In this document: positions 10,041 through 20,878 of the stretch, in pieces | Layout of the letters: every line of letters begins with the position of its first letter | Position numbering within the stretch: the first letter of the stretch is position 1 | Source: an uncultured Bacteroidales bacterium | Lineage (GTDB): Bacteria; Bacteroidota; Bacteroidia; Bacteroidales; VadinHA17 | Reading direction: 5' to 3' | Length of the DNA: 64,000 nucleotides | Assembly (NCBI GenBank): GCA_963844935.1 | Contig: CAWJQH010000003.1 | Location: 238,505-302,504 of the forward strand | Translations under genes and position numbers: made by a program | The notes under the pieces: model-generated | Seen by the model: the letters and a program-made list of their open reading frames with translations, nothing else | Databases searched by the model: none | Told to the model about the DNA's origin: nothing

Positions 10041-11078
10041 TTGAAGAATGGCCTTAAGCAAACCGTAAGAATTATAGTATTTCTTGCCATTGCCCTTTTG
10101 TTGTTATGGGTCTCGTTCAAGGACATTAACTTCAATGACCTCTGGCAAATTCTCAAAAAGGCTCATTACTGGTGGCTGCTTCCTGCTACCACCATGACCC
10201 TGATCTCGTTTTTTATCAGGGCGCGCCGCTGGACTCTTCTCGTGGAACCGCTCGGATACAAAGCGAGGCTGATACACGCATACCATGCGATTGCCACCGG
10301 TTACCTGGTCAACCTGATCTTCCCGAGGCTGGGTGAGGTGACCAAATGTGCCACCCTGAGTGAAAAGGATAAGATTCCCTTTGACAAGCTTGTGGGAACA
10401 ATGCTCATCGAACGGACAGTTGATATCCTGACTGTTCTCGTCATTTTTGGAATTACCCTCATTGCCGGAAGCACACTCACAGGAAGCTTCCTTTCCGCTA
10501 ACGTGGTGGCACCTGTGGGCCATAGGTTATCAGCCTCAGCAGATACCCTTATAATAGCGTCCGTGCTTCTTGCAGGGATAACAGCACTGGCAATCATACT
10601 GTCTGTCAGGCTGAGGGGGAAACTCTCGGAACGAACGTTTTTCAAAAGGATCTATGCTTTTTTTGACGGCATTGCTGCCGGACTGAAATCCATTTCCCGG
10701 CTCAAAAGGAAATGGGAATTTATTCTGATGACCGTCCTTTTATGGGTGGCTTACCTTTTTATGACGTACTTTCCGCTTCTGTGCCTTGACTCAACCTCGG
10801 AACTGGGCCTGAGGGGCGGGTTGTTCGTTCTCGTCATTGGCAGCTTTGGCATGGCTGCACCTGTCCAGAACGGAATGGGAGCTTTTCACTGGATTGTCTC
10901 ACGCGGCCTCCTTTTTGCATATGGCATCTCCCTGGAGGAAGGACTGGCCTCGGCAACGCTCCTGCATGAATCACAAATGGTGATCGTCACTATCTTCGGA
11001 GCTCTGTCGTTTTTCATTCTCTTTGGCAGGAAGGGAGGCAGGATTTTCAATCTGCCAGGTAAGAATCAAAGTGTATAG
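10041..11078 (+). CDS. Lysylphosphatidylglycerol-synthase-TM-like (flippase-like) integral membrane protein
   Basis: About 8 predicted TM helices. The N-terminal pattern ...WVSFKDINFNDLWQILKKAHYWWLL... is typical of the UPF0104/LPG_synthase_TM family. TTG start at 10041, 3 nt after the panD stop. Confidence 0.5.
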   Translation: MKNGLKQTVRIIVFLAIALLLLWVSFKDINFNDLWQILKKAHYWWLLPATTMTLISFFIRARRWTLLVEPLGYKARLIHAYHAIATGYLVNLIFPRLGEVTKCATLSEKDKIPFDKLVGTMLIERTVDILTVLVIFGITLIAGSTLTGSFLSANVVAPVGHRLSASADTLIIASVLLAGITALAIILSVRLRGKLSERTFFKRIYAFFDGIAAGLKSISRLKRKWEFILMTVLLWVAYLFMTYFPLLCLDSTSELGLRGGLFVLVIGSFGMAAPVQNGMGAFHWIVSRGLLFAYGISLEEGLASATLLHESQMVIVTIFGALSFFILFGRKGGRIFNLPGKNQSV

Positions 11079-11122
11079 AACCGTACATTTTGTAAATTTG
11101 TTCCTTACACAATCTCTCGCTG

Positions 11123-12475
11123 ATGGCAAAAAACAAGACTGTTTATGTATGCCAGAACTGTGGCGCCGAATCACCGAAATGGATAGGCCACTGTCCGGCA
11201 TGCAAGGAATGGAACACCTACCGTGAGGAGCTGGTCGCCCTCTCGTCCCCTTCTTCAATCTCCTCTTCGGCGCCGCGCCGCAAGCCGGAACTGCTGTCGG
11301 GCATCGAGGTGAACGAATCTGACCGTATCACTTCAGGCATTGGTGAGATGGACCGTATCCTGGGCGGAGGCATGGTCAGGGGGTCACTCATACTGATGGG
11401 AGGCGAGCCCGGTATAGGCAAATCGACCCTTGCCCTGCAGATAGCCCTGGCAATAAAAGAAAGGAAGGTGCTCTATGTCTCAGGGGAGGAGAGCGAGGGA
11501 CAGGTCAAGCTGCGCGCTAAAAGGCTGCAGGGCAAAAACGACAACTGCTTCATCTATAACGAGACTGAGCTTGAGAATGTAATCACCCAGGCAGGCACTA
11601 TCAACCCGGAACTTCTTATAATAGATTCTATTCAGACACTTAGCTCAGGCCTGCTTGAGTCTTCAGCAGGGTCAGTGTCACAGGTAAGGGAGTGCGCCGC
11701 CATGATGCTCCGTTATGCCAAGGAGACAGGTGTGCCTGTTATCCTTATTGGCCATATTACCAAGGACGGTTCACTCGCCGGACCCAAGGTGCTTGAACAC
11801 ATTGTCGATGTTGTTCTGCAGTTTGAAGGCGACGGAAACTATGTGTTCCGCATACTGAGACCGGTTAAGAACCGCTTCGGATCAACTGCCGAGATAGGCA
11901 TCTTTGAGATGGACAGCACCGGGCTGCGCGAGGTGACTGACCCTTCCGAACTATTCATCAGGAGGGACCGTGACCCTGCAAGCGGCGTGTCTATTGCCGC
12001 CACTATAGACGGCCTGAGACCGTTCATGATCGAGACACAGGCCCTGGTCAGCAGCGCTGTCTACGGCACCCCCCAGCGGAGCTCCACCGGTTTTGACACC
12101 AGGAGGCTGAATATGCTCCTTGCTGTGCTTGAGAAAAGAGCAGGTTTCCGGCTGGGTGTAAAGGATGTATTCCTGAACATAGCCGGAGGATTGAAAGTGA
12201 GTGACCCGGCCATAGACCTGGCTGTAGTGAGCTCAGTGCTGTCATCGAACCTGGATGCTCCCGTGGGTCAGCATACTGCCTTCGCCGGCGAGGTCGGCCT
12301 TTCAGGCGAGATAAGACCGGTGGCACGGGTGGAACAGCGTATTCTCGAAGCTTCAAGAATGGGATTTGAACAGATTGTGATCTCGGGATATCACCGCAAT
12401 ATAAAAGAGCAGACCGGTATTAAAGTACTTTCTGTCTATAAAATCGAAGGCCTGGTGAAGCTGCTGTTCGCCTGA
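11123..12475 (+). CDS. radA: DNA repair protein RadA
   Basis: Zinc ribbon CQNCGAESPKWIGHCPACKEWNT, Walker A GGEPGIGKST, KNRFG motif, Lon-like C-terminal domain. Confidence 0.9.
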   Translation: MAKNKTVYVCQNCGAESPKWIGHCPACKEWNTYREELVALSSPSSISSSAPRRKPELLSGIEVNESDRITSGIGEMDRILGGGMVRGSLILMGGEPGIGKSTLALQIALAIKERKVLYVSGEESEGQVKLRAKRLQGKNDNCFIYNETELENVITQAGTINPELLIIDSIQTLSSGLLESSAGSVSQVRECAAMMLRYAKETGVPVILIGHITKDGSLAGPKVLEHIVDVVLQFEGDGNYVFRILRPVKNRFGSTAEIGIFEMDSTGLREVTDPSELFIRRDRDPASGVSIAATIDGLRPFMIETQALVSSAVYGTPQRSSTGFDTRRLNMLLAVLEKRAGFRLGVKDVFLNIAGGLKVSDPAIDLAVVSSVLSSNLDAPVGQHTAFAGEVGLSGEIRPVARVEQRILEASRMGFEQIVISGYHRNIKEQTGIKVLSVYKIEGLVKLLFA

Positions 12476-14821
12476 TCAGTAGTACCGCTCCCTGTAAGAA
12501 TCGCTTATCTTCTGTTGCGACTTGGCACGGTCACAGTCGAGATCAATTGTCAGATTCGCCGGTACTTCAAACACGTCATTGGTCATTGCCCCCAGCTCCG
12601 GGTCTGCGAACAGCTTCTGCAGGAAAATCCCGACGACAGGCAGAGCCATATTTGACGCCTGCCCTACTGACATCTCCTCAAAATGTATTGCCTGGTCTTC
12701 CCAGCCGGTCCAGACACCGGCCACAAGATTTGGTGTGACGCCCATGAACCACCCGTTTGAATGATTCTGGGTAGTGCCGGTTTTGCCTCCCATCTGGTTC
12801 CTGAGCTGATACTTGCCCCTCAGCCTCAGGCCTGTCCCCTTGTTTACCACTCCCTGCAGAAGTGAGGTCATCACATAGGCATGCTCTTCACTCATCACTT
12901 CGTCAATAAAAGGAGCAAAGGTCGAGATCACGTTTCCGTTGCGGTCTTCAATACGGGTAACGTAAATTGGCCTTGTATAGACACCCTTATTTGCAAAAGT
13001 TCCGTAAGCACCGACCATCTCCTCAAGACTGACATCTGATGTCCCAAGGAATATGGACCAGACAGGGTCTATGAAGCTCCTGACTCCCATTCTGTGCATC
13101 AGGTCAGCCACAGCGGAGGGGGTAAACTGTTTCATGACCCATGAAGAGATCCAGTTTTCGGAATTGGCCAGTCCCCACTCCAGCGTCACCATCTTTCCGT
13201 GAAACTCCTCTGGTCCTGAACTGCGCGGCGACCAGGGTATCGTATCGCCGACATCGAATGACTGCGGAATGTTTTCCACTTCAAAACAGGGAGAGTAGCC
13301 ATCCTGAATAGCCAGTGTATACAGGAAGGGTTTTATTGTCGAGCCGACCTGCTTCTTCTGCTGGGTGACAGCATCATATTTGAAATACCTGAAGTCGGGA
13401 CCTCCCACATATGCCTTGACATGCCCGGTATGTGGATCCATCGCCAGAAATGATGACCTTACAAAGAATTTATAATACCTTATTGAATCAAGGGGCGTCA
13501 TCACCGTGTCACGTTCTCCTGACCATGAAAACACCTTCATGGGGATGGGTGTGTTGAAGGCAAGGATTATAGAATCTTCCGGCGTGCCTGCCGATTTCAT
13601 GCTGCGGAACCTGTCGCTCTGCCTCACTGAACGCTCCATGATCTCCTTGATCTCGGCGGCAGTAAGGTCATTTGAGAATGGCGGATTCCTGTTCAGCCTG
13701 GCTCTTTTGTTAAAAAGCGGCTGGAGATCAGTGGACAGGTGTTCGGCAACAGCCTCTTCGGCATATCCCTGCATCTTTGAATTAAGCGTGGTATAGATTC
13801 TCAGGCCATCCCTGTACAGATTATAATTTGTCCCGTCGGGTTTAATGTTCTTCCTGCACCAGCCATAGAGAGGATTATACTGCCATTGCCACATGGCATC
13901 TTCATACTGCTCGTCAGAATAAAACATATTCCGCTGAGGCTCATACTTGATCATCGTTGTCCGTATGTACTCCCTGAAATATGTTGCAAGGCCTGAGTTG
14001 TGACTGTCTTCACGGAGATCAAGCACCACCGGCAGCTTCCTGACCGAATCAGCCACATCACGTGAGATATAGCCGTACCGTTCCATCTGTCCGATGACCA
14101 CATTCCGTCTCTTCAGGGCACTCCCGCTGTTGCGGACAGGATTGTAGGCAACGGAATTCTTTAGCATGCCCACAAGGAGTGCCGACTGTTCCAGGTTCAG
14201 TGAATCCGGTGTGGTATTAAAATATATATGTGCGGCTGAATGAATACCAACAGCATTATATATAAAGTCAAAGACGTTAAGATACATTGTTATTATCTCC
14301 TCCTTGGTGTAGCTCCTCTCGAGCTTCACTGCCGTCTGCCACTCCTTGAACTTGGTAACTGCAAGCTTTGCAGCCCTGACAATTGCCGGATCATTCGACA
14401 GATCACGCGGCAGGAAGAGGTTCTTTGCCAGCTGCTGCGTGATTGTACTGCCCCCTCCGGTCTCTTTCCCCAGAAGAATTGTCTTGACAAGAACCCTGGC
14501 AAGACCCCTGAAGTCAATACCCGAATGCCTGTAAAACCTTATGTCCTCAGTGGCAATAAGCGCATCGATGACATAGGGGGAGATGTCTTCATATTCAGTC
14601 CATGTGCGGTTCTGTACGTAAAATTTACCCAGCAGGACATTATCCTCGGAATAGACCTCTGCAGCAAGGTTGCTGGCCGGGTTCTCAAGCTCCTCAAATG
14701 AGGGGAGTGGCCCGAGCTTCTGTGCAGAGATAAGAATGAACAGGGTTAACAGTAGTATGGCAGGAAGAGATATGATCACCCATAACCATACTATATTCTT
14801 TCTGAACTTTTTATCCCTCAT
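12476..14821 (-). CDS. mrcA: Class A penicillin-binding protein (transglycosylase/transpeptidase, PBP1A type)
   Basis: GT51 motifs ATEDIRFYRHSGID and GGSTITQQLAKN; transpeptidase GSTIKP and KTGTT; N-terminal TM anchor. Confidence 0.85.
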   Translation of the reverse strand: MRDKKFRKNIVWLWVIISLPAILLLTLFILISAQKLGPLPSFEELENPASNLAAEVYSEDNVLLGKFYVQNRTWTEYEDISPYVIDALIATEDIRFYRHSGIDFRGLARVLVKTILLGKETGGGSTITQQLAKNLFLPRDLSNDPAIVRAAKLAVTKFKEWQTAVKLERSYTKEEIITMYLNVFDFIYNAVGIHSAAHIYFNTTPDSLNLEQSALLVGMLKNSVAYNPVRNSGSALKRRNVVIGQMERYGYISRDVADSVRKLPVVLDLREDSHNSGLATYFREYIRTTMIKYEPQRNMFYSDEQYEDAMWQWQYNPLYGWCRKNIKPDGTNYNLYRDGLRIYTTLNSKMQGYAEEAVAEHLSTDLQPLFNKRARLNRNPPFSNDLTAAEIKEIMERSVRQSDRFRSMKSAGTPEDSIILAFNTPIPMKVFSWSGERDTVMTPLDSIRYYKFFVRSSFLAMDPHTGHVKAYVGGPDFRYFKYDAVTQQKKQVGSTIKPFLYTLAIQDGYSPCFEVENIPQSFDVGDTIPWSPRSSGPEEFHGKMVTLEWGLANSENWISSWVMKQFTPSAVADLMHRMGVRSFIDPVWSIFLGTSDVSLEEMVGAYGTFANKGVYTRPIYVTRIEDRNGNVISTFAPFIDEVMSEEHAYVMTSLLQGVVNKGTGLRLRGKYQLRNQMGGKTGTTQNHSNGWFMGVTPNLVAGVWTGWEDQAIHFEEMSVGQASNMALPVVGIFLQKLFADPELGAMTNDVFEVPANLTIDLDCDRAKSQQKISDSYRERYY

Positions 14822-14933
14822 GATACCCTCATAATACGGGCGCTAATTTAATGAATAATACAAATTCTTTCTCAATAATTTTGAAGTTAGTACCCATAAT
14901 CGTTTACTTTGCCCTGTTTTTAAAAAATCTCGG

Positions 14934-17252
14934 ATGACAGAAAATCTGGTAATAGTTGAATCTCCCGCAAAAGCAAAAACGATAGAAAAATTCCTCGGCA
15001 AGGATTTTACTGTAGTGTCCAGTTTCGGACATATACGTGACCTTGCAAAGAATAATCTCGGAATTGAAGTAGAGAAGGGTTTCAGGCCCGTTTATGAGGT
15101 GCCTGAGGATAAGAAGAAAGTCGTAAGTGAACTGCGCAAGCTGGCTTCAAAGGCGAAGACGGTCTGGATAGCCTCTGATGAGGACCGCGAAGGAGAAGCG
15201 ATTGCATGGCATCTCATATCTGTTCTGGGTCTCGATACCTCATCCACTAACCGGATAGTTTTTCATGAAATAACCAAGGAAGCCATCACCCAGGCTATTC
15301 AGGAACCGCGACAGGTGGATATGAACCTTGTTGATGCACAGCAGGCCCGCAGGATGCTTGACAGGCTGGTGGGCTTTGAGATCTCTCCCGTGCTGTGGAA
15401 GAAGGTGCAGCCCTCCCTTTCGGCAGGAAGGGTTCAGTCGGTAGCTGTCAGGCTGCTGGTTGACCGTGAACGTGAAATCATCGCTTTCACTGCTGACTCT
15501 GCATTCAGGGTGACAGGCACCTTTACCGGCAAGAACAAGGAAGAGGCTGACGTGGTACTTAAGGCTGAGTGCCCTAAAAAATTCGGCACTGAACCTGAAG
15601 CAAAGACCTTCCTGGAAAAATGTGAAGCCGCTACGTTCTCTGTTGATAACATCGTCGTCAGGCCAGGAACGAGATCACCGGCACCGCCCTTCACGACATC
15701 CACACTCCAGCAGGAGGCTTACAGGAAACTCGGGTTCTCAGTTGCCCAGACAATGTCAGTAGCCCAGAAACTCTATGAGGGAGGTAAAATAACCTACATG
15801 AGGACTGACTCGACAAATCTTTCCACTCTTGCCCTGAACACCGCCAGGCAGGTTGTGACACAGGATTACGGAGCCAGATATTCCCGGACGAGACAGTTCA
15901 GGACCCATACCAAGGGTGCACAGGAAGCTCACGAAGCAATAAGGCCTGCCTACTTCGACAAAAAGGAAATCGCCGGCAGCAATAACGAAAAAAGGCTTTA
16001 CGAGCTTATCTGGAGAAGAGCCATAGCCTCACAGATGGCTGATGCCGAAATTGAGAAGACTACTATTACTATAGGTATGTCCACCTCCCCGGTGAACTTC
16101 ACGGCAACGGGCGAAGTGATACTTTTTGACGGCTTCCTGACTGTTTACACGGAATCTTACGACAGTAACGCCGCGGACGACGAAAAGACAATTCTCCCGA
16201 GGGTTGACAAGGGCATGTCACTGGCCCCGGTGACAATCACGGCATTGCAGCGCTTCACAACTCCCCCGCCGCGTTATACTGAGGCAAGCCTTGTGAAGAA
16301 GCTGGAGGAGCTTGGGATAGGAAGGCCGTCAACATATGCACCTACAATATCGACCATACAGACTCGCGGGTACGTCGCGCGTGAGGACCGGCCCGGAGAG
16401 AAACGCACTGTGGCACAGCTCACCCTGACAAAAGGTAAAATAACCCGGAGTGAAAAGAGCGAGGTGGCCGGAAAAGAGAAATCTAAACTCTTTCCTAAAG
16501 ATATTGGAATGATAGTCAATGATTTTCTTATTGCAAACTTTCCCGACATACTTGACTATAATTTCACTGCAGAGGTGGAAAAGGAATTTGATGAGATAGC
16601 CTCGGGCGAACTGGAATGGCAGAAGATGATCGCAGATTTTTACAAACCGTTCCACAAGACGGTTGACGAGTCTCTATCGATAAAAGCACGTAGTACAGGA
16701 GCCCGCCAGCTGGGCACTGACCCGGTGTCAGGATTGCCTGTAATGGTGAAGATGAGCAGGTTCGGTCCTGTTGTTCAGCTCGGGGAAGCCTCACCCGACA
16801 GCAAGCCGCGCTTCGCGAACCTGAGACGTGACCAGTTGCTTGAGACAATTACCCTCGAAGAAGCCATGGCACTCTTCGCCCTTCCAAGAAAAGCAGGTAT
16901 GTTTGAGGATAGCGAGATGATAGTCGGCCTGGGGAAATTCGGACCCTATGTAAAACATGACGGCAAGTTTTACTCGCTGAAAAAAGATGTTGATGATCCT
17001 TACACAATTACGGAGGAAAGGGCAACTGAACTCATCCGGGAAAAGAGAGAGGGCGACAGAATGAAGGTCATCAGTGACTTTGACGATATAAAGGTGCTTA
17101 ACGGCAGGTACGGGCCATATATCGTGAAGGAAAAAAACAATTACCGGATACCTAAAGGCACCGACCCGAAGAAGCTGACCAGGGAGGATTGCCTGGCAAT
17201 CATTGAAAATGGAAGCCCCAGCAAACGCACCAGGGGCGGGAAGAAGAAGTGA
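14934..17252 (+). CDS. topA: DNA topoisomerase I
   Basis: LVIVESPAKAKTIEKFLG Toprim start, SDEDREGEAI, ITYMRTDS active-site Tyr region, 772 aa. Confidence 0.95.
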   Translation: MTENLVIVESPAKAKTIEKFLGKDFTVVSSFGHIRDLAKNNLGIEVEKGFRPVYEVPEDKKKVVSELRKLASKAKTVWIASDEDREGEAIAWHLISVLGLDTSSTNRIVFHEITKEAITQAIQEPRQVDMNLVDAQQARRMLDRLVGFEISPVLWKKVQPSLSAGRVQSVAVRLLVDREREIIAFTADSAFRVTGTFTGKNKEEADVVLKAECPKKFGTEPEAKTFLEKCEAATFSVDNIVVRPGTRSPAPPFTTSTLQQEAYRKLGFSVAQTMSVAQKLYEGGKITYMRTDSTNLSTLALNTARQVVTQDYGARYSRTRQFRTHTKGAQEAHEAIRPAYFDKKEIAGSNNEKRLYELIWRRAIASQMADAEIEKTTITIGMSTSPVNFTATGEVILFDGFLTVYTESYDSNAADDEKTILPRVDKGMSLAPVTITALQRFTTPPPRYTEASLVKKLEELGIGRPSTYAPTISTIQTRGYVAREDRPGEKRTVAQLTLTKGKITRSEKSEVAGKEKSKLFPKDIGMIVNDFLIANFPDILDYNFTAEVEKEFDEIASGELEWQKMIADFYKPFHKTVDESLSIKARSTGARQLGTDPVSGLPVMVKMSRFGPVVQLGEASPDSKPRFANLRRDQLLETITLEEAMALFALPRKAGMFEDSEMIVGLGKFGPYVKHDGKFYSLKKDVDDPYTITEERATELIREKREGDRMKVISDFDDIKVLNGRYGPYIVKEKNNYRIPKGTDPKKLTREDCLAIIENGSPSKRTRGGKKK

Positions 17253-17264
17253 TAAAAGCAATTC

Positions 17265-18434
17265 ATGATTGACCTGAACCAGTATTTAGATCCTGTTTGT
17301 CTCGACAAGCCGGAAGTGGAACATCTGACAGGCTCTGCAGCATTTCCCCACAATGTTGCGGTCAATAGCGGAAACGTTCCCCTGGATGACCTTACCGGTT
17401 ATGCCGTGGCGCTTATCGGTGTTCCTGATGACCGCTGTTCGTCAAACAAAGGCGCTATGTACGCCCCTGATGCAATCAGGAAAAACCTTTATACATTCTC
17501 GCGTCTGCCCGGCAAGATGAAGATAACTGATCTTGGCAACCTTAAGACCGGCACATCATTTGAAGACACGCTTGCGGGTCTGCGCGATGTGATCATACAG
17601 CTGCTTGCCCAGGATGTCATGCCTGTTATTATCGGCGGCACAAGCGCCCTGATGCCGGCAATAGACAGGTGCATCTCATCCCTCCGGCAGCCATGGTCGC
17701 TGGTGTCGGTGGATTCGAGACTCGATTTCACTGCGGAAAAAAGAGCCGGGGATTCGCTGAACTGGATGAACGACATGATCTACCGGAGCGGGAACCGCCT
17801 GTCACATCTTTCCGCCATCGGGCATCAGACTTATCTCACCGACCAGCAGGTGGTGAATCGTTTTAACCGGAGACATTACGAAATGATGCGCATCGGCGAG
17901 GTTCGTGCCGCCATCCATGAAACGGAGCCCCTGTTCCGCGATGCCACTGCAGCATTGTTTGACATAGGATCAGTGCGTCAGGCTGATGCACCCGGTACAC
18001 TCCTCCCCTCCGCAAACGGTTTTTACGGCGAGGAGATCTGCCTGCTTGCAAGGTATGCAGGACTCTCTGACAACCTGAAGATACTGGCTCTTACCGAGGT
18101 TAACCCGATGTATGACAACCGTTTTCAGACCTCCCATCTTGCAGCACAGATAATCTGGTTCTTCCTTGAGGGATTCTCACAGAAACAGTATGAGCTTCCT
18201 TATCTGAGTGATCAGATGAACAACAGGTTTACCCGGTATCATGTGACACTTAGTGATCTTGAGGGCGAAGCAATCTTTATAAAGAGCATAATCACGGAGC
18301 GCTGGTGGATAGAGATCCGTGATGCGGACGGCGAACCTCATTACCTCGCCTGTTCCTACGATGACTACCTGATGGCCAACAGGGATCAGGTCCCCGGCAG
18401 GTGGACAAGGGCCATGCTGAGGTTCGGTCACTAA
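17265..18434 (+). CDS. Arginase/formimidoylglutamase-fold protein with degenerate metal-ligand motifs
   Basis: Colinear with the arginase family: IGVPDDR..NKGAMYAPDAIR, IIGGTSALM (in place of GGDHS), VDSRLDF (in place of DAHxD), FDIGSVRQADAPGT (in place of DIDxxDPxxAPGT), LTEVNPMYD. Confidence 0.6.
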   Translation: MIDLNQYLDPVCLDKPEVEHLTGSAAFPHNVAVNSGNVPLDDLTGYAVALIGVPDDRCSSNKGAMYAPDAIRKNLYTFSRLPGKMKITDLGNLKTGTSFEDTLAGLRDVIIQLLAQDVMPVIIGGTSALMPAIDRCISSLRQPWSLVSVDSRLDFTAEKRAGDSLNWMNDMIYRSGNRLSHLSAIGHQTYLTDQQVVNRFNRRHYEMMRIGEVRAAIHETEPLFRDATAALFDIGSVRQADAPGTLLPSANGFYGEEICLLARYAGLSDNLKILALTEVNPMYDNRFQTSHLAAQIIWFFLEGFSQKQYELPYLSDQMNNRFTRYHVTLSDLEGEAIFIKSIITERWWIEIRDADGEPHYLACSYDDYLMANRDQVPGRWTRAMLRFGH

Positions 18435-18517
18435 ATATTTTTCTCTTTTTGGTTGCTGGCATATTTTTTGCTTAATTTACTCGTTATTCTTGCGGAGTGC
18501 AAAAGCACTGTTTGAAG

Positions 18518-19462
18518 ATGAAGAAAGTCAGGACAGTCATCCTCGTTTTATTTGTTTCAGGTGGAATTATGTCGGGTCAGCAAGACCCTGTCCTGAGTCA
18601 TTATATGTTTAATACCCAGACTTATAACCCCGGGTACTCAGGCATGAGCGGCATGATCACAGCCACCGCGCTGACCCGCCAGCAATGGGTCGGGTTCCCC
18701 GGAGCTCCGTCGACAATGATTTTCAATATCAACACCCCTTTTAACCTTTTCGGGCTGAGCAGCGGCGCCGGACTGCTGGTGGAGGCTGACAAATACGGGT
18801 TCAGCAATGATATAAACGTTAACCTCTCATATTCTTATCTTATACCTATAGGAAGCGGCACCCTCGGAGCTGGCTTCAGCGCCGGAGTACTGAATAAGGC
18901 ACTTAATCCGGAGTGGTTTATACCTTCCGGACCGGGGCATACACCCCCTTCGGGTGACCCTCTTATCCCGGAAAATGATGAAAGTATAGTTGCACTCGAT
19001 ATTTCTGCCGGCGTATATTACGAGGGACTGAACTATTATGCCGGCCTCTCGGTCACTCATGTCAACCAGCCTAAAATAAAATATTCAGAAACAGCAACTT
19101 ATGTGAGCCGTGAATACCATTTTACGGCAGGGTACTACTTCCAGCTGCCTAGTCCGGCCTTTGAAATTATACCTTCAGTTTATCTGGTAAATGATGGGGC
19201 AACAACACAATATGTAGGAACTGCAATGGTCAGATACAATAAAAAGGTCTGGGGTGGCGTTTCCTACAGAGCCGGTGATGCTATTACAGGTTTTGCAGGC
19301 ACAGAATTGTATAACGGATTAAAAATTGGATATGGTTATGATTTCCCGGTTTCAGAGATCAGAAAAGGCACAAGCGGTTCGCACGAATTCGTTGTGTCTT
19401 ACAGCTTCGACCTCGGTCTGGGAAAAAGTAGTACCAGGTATAAAAGCATAAGGTTCTTATGA
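18518..19462 (+). CDS. porP: Type IX secretion system membrane protein, PorP/SprF family
   Basis: QDPVLSHYMFNTQTYNPGYSG start typical of PorP/SprF, C-terminal ...SHEFVVSYSF. Sits directly upstream of gldK. ATG at 18518 preferred over GTG at 18497. Confidence 0.75.
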   Translation: MKKVRTVILVLFVSGGIMSGQQDPVLSHYMFNTQTYNPGYSGMSGMITATALTRQQWVGFPGAPSTMIFNINTPFNLFGLSSGAGLLVEADKYGFSNDINVNLSYSYLIPIGSGTLGAGFSAGVLNKALNPEWFIPSGPGHTPPSGDPLIPENDESIVALDISAGVYYEGLNYYAGLSVTHVNQPKIKYSETATYVSREYHFTAGYYFQLPSPAFEIIPSVYLVNDGATTQYVGTAMVRYNKKVWGGVSYRAGDAITGFAGTELYNGLKIGYGYDFPVSEIRKGTSGSHEFVVSYSFDLGLGKSSTRYKSIRFL

Positions 19463-19510
19463 TTGGATATAGAAATTTAACTTATTTGCATCCTTAAAAT
19501 TTATCAGTAT

Positions 19511-20845
19511 ATGAAAAAGGTAACCCTTTCAGCTCTTGCATTAGCCTTAATACTGGGTAGCTGTACCTCCTATGAAACCGGTGAGTTGACTGGTGTTCAG
19601 GGAAGGAAAAAGTTTTATGAACCCGAGCCCTTTGAAATGGCATTCATACCGGCTGGTTCCTATACCCAGGGCCCGAGCGATCAGGACCCTCTGCGCGCCA
19701 TGAACAGCATGTCAAAGACAGTTACTGTTGAGGCATTCTGGATGGACCAGACAGAGATTACCAACAACAAATACCGCCAGTTTACCTATTGGGTACGTGA
19801 CTCTATCCTCAGGACCAAACTGGGCGAGGAAGGCGTTGAAGGCTACGAATTCTTTAGGACCGATGAAGAAGGAAATGTCATCGAACCTAATATTCTGAAC
19901 TGGGAAGAGGAGATAGATTTCGAAGATGAAAATATCCTTTCCGTCGTCGAATCTATGTATTATCCGCCTGAAGAAAGATTTAACGCCAACAAGCAGTGGG
20001 ATACCCGGCTCCTGAACTATTCATATTTCTGGGTCGACTACAGGCAGGCTGCCAAAGCAAGATATAATTACAAGGATCAGAAGTACGAGGGTACGGTTAC
20101 TGACCTCGAGGGCAACACCACCGATGTGGTTAACCGCTCATCGTTCATCATGCACCATGTTGTAAACATATATCCGGACACCCTTGCCTGGATCAGGGAC
20201 TTCACCTATTCATTCAATGAACCATGGGCATCACTCTATTTCTGGCATCCGGGCTATGATGACTATCCTGTTGTGGGAGTATCATGGGTGCAGGCACGTG
20301 CCTTCAGTGTATGGCGTACCAATTTCATGAACGAGCATCTTCGCGCTCAGGGTGTGGCCGATGTTCACAACTACCGCCTCCCTCTTGAAACCGAATGGGA
20401 ATATGCTGCCCGCGGAGGCCTTGATCTCTCGATGTACCCCTGGGGAGGCCCCTACACCCGTAACTACCAGGGATGCTTCCTTGCCAACTTCAAACCCCTG
20501 CGCGGAAATTACATTGACGACGGTGCCGTGTACACCATTAAGGTGGCTTCTTTTGAACCTAACGAGTACGGACTGTTCGATATGGCCGGTAACGTCTCGG
20601 AATGGACTTCATGCGCATACCATCCCTCAGCATATGTCTTTACCCATGACCTTAACCCCGACTATGAATACAATGCCAGACCTGAAGATCCTCCGGTGCT
20701 TAAACGCAAGGTTGTCAGAGGCGGTTCATGGAAAGATATAGCATATTTCATGCAGACATCAACAAGGGACTATGAATACCAGGACTCAACAAAATCATTT
20801 GTAGGGTTCCGCAATGTCAGAACATATATTGGCGTTAATAACTAA
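19511..20845 (+). CDS. gldK: T9SS/gliding lipoprotein GldK/PorK (FGE-sulfatase fold)
   Basis: Lipobox LILGSCTS. Also GELTGVQGRKKFYEPEPFEMAFIPAGSY, LPLETEWEYAARGG, RGGSWKD. Confidence 0.9.
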   Translation: MKKVTLSALALALILGSCTSYETGELTGVQGRKKFYEPEPFEMAFIPAGSYTQGPSDQDPLRAMNSMSKTVTVEAFWMDQTEITNNKYRQFTYWVRDSILRTKLGEEGVEGYEFFRTDEEGNVIEPNILNWEEEIDFEDENILSVVESMYYPPEERFNANKQWDTRLLNYSYFWVDYRQAAKARYNYKDQKYEGTVTDLEGNTTDVVNRSSFIMHHVVNIYPDTLAWIRDFTYSFNEPWASLYFWHPGYDDYPVVGVSWVQARAFSVWRTNFMNEHLRAQGVADVHNYRLPLETEWEYAARGGLDLSMYPWGGPYTRNYQGCFLANFKPLRGNYIDDGAVYTIKVASFEPNEYGLFDMAGNVSEWTSCAYHPSAYVFTHDLNPDYEYNARPEDPPVLKRKVVRGGSWKDIAYFMQTSTRDYEYQDSTKSFVGFRNVRTYIGVNN

Positions 20846-20878
20846 TAACTAATCTGTTTAACCTTAAAATTTAAATAA

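Noticed and set aside
16791-17261. 156-aa minus-strand ORF, plus other antisense ORFs inside topA
   Set aside because: It is antisense to the well-conserved topA C-terminal region and is a shadow ORF. The same applies to 55602-56030 (antisense to rnr), 48305-48853 (antisense to metK) and 37242-37790.
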